Assembly (NCBI GenBank): GCA_963828195.1
Contig: CAWHDT010000007.1
Span: forward strand, 64,001 to 128,000
Source: Candidatus Bathyarchaeota archaeon
GTDB lineage: Archaea > Thermoproteota > Bathyarchaeia > Bathyarchaeales > Bathycorpusculaceae
Reading direction: 5' to 3'
Length of the DNA stretch: 64,000 nucleotides
Shown: piece after piece, positions 57,000 through 64,000 of the stretch
Numbering within the stretch: the first letter of the stretch is position 1
How the letters are laid out: every line of letters begins with the position of its first letter
Notes under the pieces: model-generated
Databases searched by the model: none
Told to the model about the DNA's origin: nothing
Seen by the model: only the letters and a program-made list of their open reading frames with translations
Made by a program: the position numbers and the translations under genes

Positions 57000-58102
57000 T
57001 TGAAATTGATTCAATCACTAAGTCATTCGCAGAAAAAAAAGTTATAGAAAACTTAAATCTCAAGGTAAAAAACGAAGAAATACTGTCTTTACTTGGGCCC
57101 AATGGGTGCGGAAAAACAACTCTCCTAAACATTCTTTCAGGATTAACAAAACAAGATGAAGGCAACATTTACATTAATGATATCTTAGCAAGTGGAAAAA
57201 CAGGCACAAAAAAAGTTCACCTTAAACCATCAGACAGAAAAGTTGGATATGTCTTCCAAACCACATCGTTGTTTCCACACATGCGAGTTCAAGACAACGT
57301 GGCATACGGGTTGAAAGCAATGCATTTATCCGAGCAAGAAGTTAAAAAAAGAAGCCAAAGCCTGCTCGAGTTTGTAGGCCTTAGTGAATGCGCAAAGTTT
57401 TATCCGCATCAACTAAGCGGCGGGCAAAAGCAGCGCATTGCATTGGCAAGGTCATTAGCTACTGAACCGCAAGTGTTGCTTTTAGATGAGCCGGTTTCTG
57501 CTGTTGATCCTCAATTGAGGGAATCTTTCAGGCTGGAACTCAAAAACTACCTGCAAGCGCTCAAAATCACAGCAATTTACGTGACTCATAATTTGTCTGA
57601 AGCATTCATAATGTCAGACAGGATAGCGGTGATGGGTAACGGGCGCATAGAACAAATAGGTAACCGTACAGAAATTTTTGATAAGCCCAGTTCATCATAC
57701 GTCGCCAATTTTCTAGGAATTAACACGTTCAAAGGCAAAGCTGTTAAAACCCGCGCAAATCTCTTAGAAATTGATGTAAATGGTATGCTACTGTTGGCAC
57801 CTCAAGCGCCTGAACTGGTGGGAAAAGATGTAATTGCGACAATTAAGCCTGAAGATATTACGCTTTCAAAACCAGGTGATACCAATTTTAATGATGCATC
57901 AAGCAATTCAGTTGAAGGCGTGATAACTGAGATGGTTCAAATGAGATCAAACGCCCAAGTCACCATAGATGCAGGCTTCCTTTTAAAAACAAGAGTTTCT
58001 TTAAGCTCAATTAAGAGTTTAGGGCTCAACTTAGGAGACAAAGTCCACGTGCGTTTCAAAGCTGACGCCTTAAATGTTTTTGCGGATAGCGACAACAGAT
58101 AA
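56996..58102 (+). CDS. modC: Molybdate ABC transporter ATP-binding protein with TOBE domain
   Basis: GPNGCGKT, LSGGQKQR, LLLDEP; C-terminal TOBE. Confidence 0.85.
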   Translation: MIEIDSITKSFAEKKVIENLNLKVKNEEILSLLGPNGCGKTTLLNILSGLTKQDEGNIYINDILASGKTGTKKVHLKPSDRKVGYVFQTTSLFPHMRVQDNVAYGLKAMHLSEQEVKKRSQSLLEFVGLSECAKFYPHQLSGGQKQRIALARSLATEPQVLLLDEPVSAVDPQLRESFRLELKNYLQALKITAIYVTHNLSEAFIMSDRIAVMGNGRIEQIGNRTEIFDKPSSSYVANFLGINTFKGKAVKTRANLLEIDVNGMLLLAPQAPELVGKDVIATIKPEDITLSKPGDTNFNDASSNSVEGVITEMVQMRSNAQVTIDAGFLLKTRVSLSSIKSLGLNLGDKVHVRFKADALNVFADSDNR

Positions 58103-58624
58103 TTACTCAATATCAAAGGTTAAGCTTTTTTTCTCAACTAAATCAGCGAGCTCCATCGCCTGCGTTAAGCTTTTAACCATCGGAACTTTAAACCCTACAG
58201 CTTTCCCAATTTCCTCTTCAGACTCCATTATTAACCCTGAAATCGCCACAGTTAAGCCGCCCAAGTATTCTTTTGCTTCCGCGGCGGTTTTCGCAGCGAT
58301 AATTTTAGGCAGTTTTTTCTCCGATTCAAAACCCTCCAAAATAATGTAATCAACGTCTTTGAAGAAGGGTAAAACCTCTTTTACGCTGAGCCTTTTTTTT
58401 ACGAAAATTACGGTTTCGCGTCTTGGAATAGCCGCTATTATTTCTGCTCCGGCAGTTGTGTACCTGTCGGTTTCAGTGGCTGGTGTATCTAAAGTTGGGA
58501 TGCGAACCATCTCTTTGATTGCTCCAACATGGTATCCGCGGCGTTTAAGCTCAGCAGTTAAGTGCTCAATCACCGTGGTTTTTCCCGAATGCTTTCCTCC
58601 GACGACAGCAACAAGTTTTGGCAT
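58103..58624 (-). CDS. mobB: Molybdopterin-guanine dinucleotide biosynthesis protein B, copy 1
   Basis: GGKHSGKTT, IILEGF; IKEM replaces the usual IKH. Confidence 0.8.
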   Translation of the reverse strand: MPKLVAVVGGKHSGKTTVIEHLTAELKRRGYHVGAIKEMVRIPTLDTPATETDRYTTAGAEIIAAIPRRETVIFVKKRLSVKEVLPFFKDVDYIILEGFESEKKLPKIIAAKTAAEAKEYLGGLTVAISGLIMESEEEIGKAVGFKVPMVKSLTQAMELADLVEKKSLTFDIE

Positions 58625-58732
58625 AGCCTGCACCGCTTAAGCTGTAGAGGGTAGAATGAGCATATATTGTTTAATGCGTAAAACACAAAAAAGTAAGGCG
58701 CAATTTTTAAAGCTAAGCAAATTGACTGTCAA

Positions 58733-59314
58733 ATGGAGCGTGAATCCGGTACGGTTTTAGTTATTGCCGCGGTCGGCGTAAGCGGTTCAGGAAAAACAGT
58801 GACCTTAGAGTATTTAATTTCTAGTCTTTCAGCGGAAGGCTACAGTGTGGGTTCAATAAAGCATGTTCACCACAAGGGTTTCACCATGGATAAAGTTGGC
58901 ACTAACACCTGGAGATACGCTCAGGCAGGCTCCAAAGTGATCGTGGCGATTTCACCTGAAGAAATAGACATCATCAAGAAAACTCAGATGGCGCTCAACG
59001 ATTTGGACCAAATAATCGCCCTGCTGGAACAGGAGAAACTTGACGTCGTTTTCATCGAAGGCTTCCACAGTTTAATCGCTAAAAGGCAAGACGTACCCAA
59101 AATTATCACTGCCAAAGACCAAACTGGGCTTGAGCAAACTTTGGAAGGGACGGTTCAGCCGATTTTGGCGATCGCGGGCATCGTAGCCGAAAACGCTGGC
59201 AGCCCAACCTTCAAGGACATCCCAGTGATTAAAGTTCCCCAAGACGGACAAAAACTCATTGAACTAGTCAAAAAACAATTAGAAAAGGCAAACGCATCAA
59301 AAACTGGTAACTGA
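58733..59314 (+). CDS. mobB: Molybdopterin-guanine dinucleotide biosynthesis protein B, copy 2
   Basis: GVSGSGKT, IKHVHH, FIEGF. Confidence 0.88.
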   Translation: MERESGTVLVIAAVGVSGSGKTVTLEYLISSLSAEGYSVGSIKHVHHKGFTMDKVGTNTWRYAQAGSKVIVAISPEEIDIIKKTQMALNDLDQIIALLEQEKLDVVFIEGFHSLIAKRQDVPKIITAKDQTGLEQTLEGTVQPILAIAGIVAENAGSPTFKDIPVIKVPQDGQKLIELVKKQLEKANASKTGN

Positions 59315-59324
59315 GGAAAACGCC

Positions 59325-60410
59325 ATGACTAAACGGGCTGCACTTATTTTGGCAGGGGGAAAAGCCCGCAGATTCCAGTCAAAAAATGGGACGTGGGAAG
59401 ACAAAGCCCTCGCTGAACTTTCAGGAAAACCACTTTTAATTCACGCCATCGAAAACGTTCAAAGCGTCGTTGACGAAATTGCAATATGTGTAAACGACCA
59501 AGAGCGCAAGTTTCAATATTCCCAAATCCTAAAAAAACATGCTATATCAAACGTTCAAATCGTGATCGATGAAAAAAATCGCATCAGCGGTCCCACAGTG
59601 GCAATTATGTCGGGGTTAAAGTCTGTTCACGCAGATTATTGCCTTACTTTTCCCTGCGACATGCCCTTTCTGCAATCATCTGTTGCGGATTACTTGCTTA
59701 GTGAGGCGGAGGGTTTCGAGATCGTTACTCCAATGTGGCCTAACGGCAGGCTTGAAACTCTTTTGATGGTGCTTAAGAGGCATAGCGGCTTAGAAATAAC
59801 CAGCACATTGTGCAAGTTGAATCGCCCGCGCTCAGACGATATACAAAGGGGTGCCTCCAAAATACTGTTTGCGTCTCCAGTTAACCATATTAAAACACTT
59901 GACCCAGAACTCAAAAGCTTCATCAACATCAACCTTAAAGAAGACCTCAGCAGGCTGCAGACCCGCCATAGTCACGGCGCCGTCACAGAAAACCTCCAGG
60001 TAAACTTGGGTGTTTCATCAAGTTCCGATTTGCAGCTTCTTCGGAAGGGCGCGGAAATGTTGAATGAAGGCAAATTTTCGGAGGCGCAGACCATTTTTGG
60101 TTCATGTACCAGCAACTTTGAGGTTTCTAACAGCTTTTTCTGGGCAGCAGTAAGCGGGGAAAACCAAGGTGAAGCACTTCTAAAGTTGTCTTTGCAGCAA
60201 ATTGAACCAGATGCAGCTACGAAATCAGATTTTGAAGGCAAAGAAGCTTTTCAGAGGGCTGCAAACAATTATCGAGTAGAGGCTGAATTACACGAAAAAA
60301 ACCGTTGCTGGCTGCTGGCTGAACGCGCATTAGGTGATAAAGCATGGTGCGAGTCATGGGTTATGGGAAAACACAGTCACGTTCACAGGTACCCATCTAA
60401 AGCTTTGTGA
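59325..60410 (+). CDS. mobA: Molybdenum cofactor guanylyltransferase with C-terminal helical extension
   Basis: LAGGKARRF...DKAL, CDMPF, FININ..EDL. Confidence 0.85.
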   Translation: MTKRAALILAGGKARRFQSKNGTWEDKALAELSGKPLLIHAIENVQSVVDEIAICVNDQERKFQYSQILKKHAISNVQIVIDEKNRISGPTVAIMSGLKSVHADYCLTFPCDMPFLQSSVADYLLSEAEGFEIVTPMWPNGRLETLLMVLKRHSGLEITSTLCKLNRPRSDDIQRGASKILFASPVNHIKTLDPELKSFININLKEDLSRLQTRHSHGAVTENLQVNLGVSSSSDLQLLRKGAEMLNEGKFSEAQTIFGSCTSNFEVSNSFFWAAVSGENQGEALLKLSLQQIEPDAATKSDFEGKEAFQRAANNYRVEAELHEKNRCWLLAERALGDKAWCESWVMGKHSHVHRYPSKAL

Positions 60411-60417
60411 GCCTGTT

Positions 60418-61695
60418 TTAAGCGATTTTCGCCAGTTCCATTTTTCCGAACAAGTGGACATCCACTTTGGAGCCTTTAGCTAAGTTTGTGTGTGGCGGAA
60501 TTATTGAGTAGCCGTTTGCTTTGACGATGGTTGTCAACGCGCTTGAACCTCCTTCAACCTGCTCTGCTAAGAGGTTGTCTTCGGCTCGTTTTAGGTGAAG
60601 GAGCAGAAACCTGAATTGCGGGCCAGACTCAACTGGTTCCGAAAGTTCAGCCGTTAAACCCAACGGCAAACCTTCTTCTGGCATACCGCAGTAGAAGCGG
60701 ATTAGAGGAGCTGCAAAAAGGTAAAAACCAGCGATACACGATCCGATGTGACCGGGCAGCATTATAATTGGTTTGCCGTTGACGATGCCGAAGCCTGAAA
60801 CAGCGCCGGGCCTCAATGATACGCCCTGCACAACTACGCCTGGTTCTCCGAGATTGTTTACGGCGTCGGGAACAAAATCTTTGACGCCCACCGAGGTGCC
60901 GCCGATAGTAACAACAATATCGGCGTCTGAGAGTGCTTCACCAATTTTCGCTTGCACGAGGTCCAGTGCGTCAGGCATTATTCCCTTCAGCGTTGCCGTG
61001 GCGCCTAATTCTGAAGATAGCCCAGCAACAACTAATGCGTAGTTGTTTGCGATTTTTGTCGGATTTTTTCTGCATTGCCTAATTAACTCGTCTCCCCCAG
61101 ACAGGATGGCGATTCGTGGCTGTTTGAAAACTTCAGCTTCCGCCAACCCGATTGATGCGAGCAGCCCAAGGTCTTGAGGCCGCAAAACTTGTCCGCGCCC
61201 AAGAATTAACGTGTCTTGTTTTACATCGTCTCCAAGCGGTATAATCCCCTCGCCAGATTTGATTTCGCGGAACACTTCGATTTTATCGCCGTTTAGACGG
61301 GTTTCTTCCACCTTAACGGTTGCAGCTGCTCCTCTGGGTATGGGTGCTCCGCATGCAACGTAAATTGCTTCGCCGCTTGCCACCTTAGCATCGGTTGGGT
61401 AGTCTGCTGGAAACAGTTTACCAACAATTTTAAACACGGCTGGTTTCTCGGTGGATACGCCCGCGGTGTCTTTTGGATTGATTGCGTAGCCGTCAATGAA
61501 GGTTTTATCGTAAGCTGGTATGTTTATTTTTGAATGGGCGTCTTTGGCTAAAACTCTGCCTAAAGCGTCAGCCAACCCGACTTTTTCCGTGGACAAGGTT
61601 TTTGAGTGTACAGCATCGATGAGCTTAGCTTGTGCTTCTTGGGGGTTAGCGCGTTTTGGCAGTCGCCTAATATCGGGTCTATCCATCGAGGGCAC
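60418..61695 (-). CDS. moeA: Molybdopterin molybdotransferase
   Basis: ALGRVLA.D, DGYA, SGGDEL, GGTSVG.KD, LRPG, LPG. Confidence 0.9.
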   Translation of the reverse strand: MPSMDRPDIRRLPKRANPQEAQAKLIDAVHSKTLSTEKVGLADALGRVLAKDAHSKINIPAYDKTFIDGYAINPKDTAGVSTEKPAVFKIVGKLFPADYPTDAKVASGEAIYVACGAPIPRGAAATVKVEETRLNGDKIEVFREIKSGEGIIPLGDDVKQDTLILGRGQVLRPQDLGLLASIGLAEAEVFKQPRIAILSGGDELIRQCRKNPTKIANNYALVVAGLSSELGATATLKGIMPDALDLVQAKIGEALSDADIVVTIGGTSVGVKDFVPDAVNNLGEPGVVVQGVSLRPGAVSGFGIVNGKPIIMLPGHIGSCIAGFYLFAAPLIRFYCGMPEEGLPLGLTAELSEPVESGPQFRFLLLHLKRAEDNLLAEQVEGGSSALTTIVKANGYSIIPPHTNLAKGSKVDVHLFGKMELAKIA

Positions 61696-62481
61696 CTACA
61701 GAATTATTCTATCGAACCCCGTGTAAACGTTCATGCGTTTTCCGCGAACAAAACCGACCAAGGAGATGTTGGCTTTTTCCGCCGAGGAAATACCCGAGTT
61801 TAAAACCGCCGCCACAGAAGCAACGATGGGCAAACCGACTTTCGCCGCCTTGTAAATCATGTCGCCAGGCACGCGCCCAGTGATAATCATGAAGCATTCG
61901 GTTAAGTCCACTTTTTTCAGTGACGCCTCGCCGATAACTTTGTCAACTGTGTTGTGCCTCCCCACGTCCTCGGAGAAAGCAACGATTGTACCGTTGACTT
62001 TGACGATGGCGGAGTCATGCAGCCCGCCGGTCTCCCGGAACCCTTTGGCAAGGCTGTTGATTTGGTTCACCGCGTTCAGGATGGCTTGGGCTTTGATTTT
62101 CAGCGGCGATTTTACGACGGGGATCTTCTCGTCACGCTGATAGGGTGATGTGCTGGCTTTAATGAGTGGAATGATGCGTGTGCTGCGCCTCGAGTTTTTC
62201 ATTCGTTCATCTAAATCCACGCTTGCCTTCAGCTTAAGGTGGCACCTATGCTCTTTTTCCTCTGTTTTTGCGGATTCTATTTCGTCCACTGACCACAAAA
62301 TGTCCTCGGCAAGCAAGTAGCCAACAGCGAGCTCTTTAAACTGCGAGGGAGAACACCAAATAACAAACGTGTAAACATCATTCAAGGAGATTTGCAGTGG
62401 GACTTCTTCGGCAACGCAGTCCCTTGTTTTCTCTGCCTTCCCAGTTGATAAGTCAAGCCTAACAATGTCAACCTGACGCAT
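61696..62481 (-). CDS. fdhD: Formate dehydrogenase accessory sulfurtransferase
   Basis: EEVPL, ELAVGYL, TGGLH, EDVGRHNTVDK.IG, LVGFVRG; the usual CGxC loop is not evident. Confidence 0.9.
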   Translation of the reverse strand: MRQVDIVRLDLSTGKAEKTRDCVAEEVPLQISLNDVYTFVIWCSPSQFKELAVGYLLAEDILWSVDEIESAKTEEKEHRCHLKLKASVDLDERMKNSRRSTRIIPLIKASTSPYQRDEKIPVVKSPLKIKAQAILNAVNQINSLAKGFRETGGLHDSAIVKVNGTIVAFSEDVGRHNTVDKVIGEASLKKVDLTECFMIITGRVPGDMIYKAAKVGLPIVASVAAVLNSGISSAEKANISLVGFVRGKRMNVYTGFDRIIL

Positions 62482-62631
62482 AATGTTGTCCTCAGTTGGT
62501 GTTGTTTTTGACTCAGCGGACTTGATAAGGCATTCGGCTAACTATGCAAGGATAGAACTAGAGAACGTAGAGGCTAAAAGAAGCCTTCTGTGATTCGAAT
62601 TCATGCTTAATTACTGTTAGCGAGAATTACT

Positions 62632-63219
62632 TTAGACTGGTTTGAACCCTAAGGACAAATAAATTTTTATTGCTGAGCTGTTGGTTTCGTTGACATCAAG
62701 TATCGCTGAGGGTAAACCTATCTTTCTGAAATAATGCAGCGCATAAAGCGCAAGGTAACGCCCAAGACCTTTTTCTCGATGTTCAGGAACAACACATAAT
62801 CTGTGAACGCATCCCACTACACCCCCCTGAAAGGGCATCTTCATGGCATAAACAGTTCCGACAAATTCGTTGCCATGTTTAAGGAAGAAGAAGCCGTTTG
62901 GGTCAAGGTCTCTGTGTTGGCTGATTTCGGAAACGTCGGCTGGAAAGTGCTGACCGAAGGAGCGTTTGATAAGCCGCACCCACAGCTCTTCATCTCCACT
63001 GCGAAATGTTCTGACTTGATAATTCGGTTCTTCTGGCAGATCTTTCAGATTCTCAAGACTATCCAACTTCATGATGAAATATCGAGACGGGCTAAAAAGA
63101 AGGTTCTTCAGCATCACCACTGGTTTCGCATCTAGGACATTTTCCAGTTCACTTGAGATTGGCACTGGAAGTTTTATTAGAATAGGTTTCAGCTTCTCTA
63201 AATCAAGTATTTGCCCCAT
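62632..63219 (-). CDS. GNAT N-acetyltransferase
   Basis: VVPEHREKGLG, N..AIKIY.SLGF; ATG 63219 preferred. Confidence 0.85.
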   Translation of the reverse strand: MGQILDLEKLKPILIKLPVPISSELENVLDAKPVVMLKNLLFSPSRYFIMKLDSLENLKDLPEEPNYQVRTFRSGDEELWVRLIKRSFGQHFPADVSEISQHRDLDPNGFFFLKHGNEFVGTVYAMKMPFQGGVVGCVHRLCVVPEHREKGLGRYLALYALHYFRKIGLPSAILDVNETNSSAIKIYLSLGFKPV

Positions 63220-63829
63220 GTAAAGACCTTCTTTGAAAAGTAAACCCAACTTTTTGGGGAACTCTCTGAGTCTTAGAATACAGCAATAACAATATCTCAA
63301 AACCAAAGGTGATATTTAAGTTGCTATAGAACTTTGAGCCATATTTCAGATATATATCTTTCTCGAGAAAACCCCGAATGCATATGTAAAAAAAAGTTTT
63401 TTTTTATCCTTATTTATAAACAAGCAAGCGCCTACTAGCATTTAGTAACCTACCGAAAGGTTAAGGTTTTTGCAAGTTATAAATTTTGACAGGCGAACTC
63501 GACATGCCAAAAACGTATAAGTGCGCTGTTAACGCGAAGGATTTGGAGTTGGATAGCCAGCTGCCAATAAAATCGATGGAGGAACCGTCAGCTTTACATG
63601 ATGCAAAGGATGAACGCAAATACTGGGAAGGGCGAAGAATCCTACCTGTATAGAAAACTGCAGGGTCAATCGACTGAAAAATAAAGCTCAAGCTTCCGTT
63701 CCCTTCTTTTTAGGGAGGTTTACTGAAGTTCAAAAATAAGAAATTTTAGTTGAAAACCGCCTCTGCATGTTTTGACAAGCGCAAAACAATTTTTTCGGTG
63801 CGCAATTGCTTTGCTCCATATTAAGGCAC

Positions 63830-63959
63830 TCTAAAATTTCAGGTCAGCCGTGGAACATGAGTTTATGTTTTCCGTCTGTAAGAAATATGTGGGCTCTCTT
63901 TGACCTGCGACTTTGAAGCTCTTTTCAGCAAGTGCGTTGATTACCGTACGCCAACTCAA
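63830..63959 (-). pseudogene. Degenerate HicA-family toxin remnant
   Basis: LSWRTVINALAEKSFKVAGQR / AHIFLTDGKHKL / VPR pieces lie in different frames and resemble the HicA GF...QxGSH...VP pattern. Confidence 0.4.
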
Positions 63960-64000
63960 ACCAGTTATTGAAGAACTATTAAACGAAAAATGAAAAATAG

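Noticed and set aside
63461-63691. 76-aa minus-strand ORF
   Set aside because: No recognisable motif; lies in apparently decayed sequence

Overview
Archaeal chromosomal window, most consistent with Bathyarchaeia. This is an inference from A-type ATP synthase K, TrmB, class III signal-peptide pilins, an IPEF-type sorting tail and many TTG/GTG starts. It holds five modules. (1) 0.4-12.8 kb: a respiratory island with an A1-type heme-copper oxidase (subunits I-IV), heme o synthase, four cupredoxins (two with altered copper ligands), a NikR-controlled metal ABC importer and tatAC. (2) 12.9-31 kb: housekeeping genes (metYXW, ileS, GT4, G1 peptidase, MoxR AAA/VWA pair). (3) 31.5-37.5 kb: a candidate structured RNA, plus three tandem solute-binding proteins with no transporter in front of a PAS/HAMP histidine kinase. 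(4) 38.9-47.8 kb: a type IV pilus locus with three tandem major pilins, two of which share a near-identical 261-bp 5' block. (5) 50-62.5 kb: LysR-DsrE-TusA-double-cubane reductase-variant SelD, joined to ModE/ModABC/MobAB/MoeA/FdhD. Modules 5, 1 and 3 are the best candidates for undescribed systems. Several conserved genes lack a canonical start codon. No tRNA, rRNA, CRISPR array or intact mobile element was recognised. All family calls are by-eye motif recognition, not database results.
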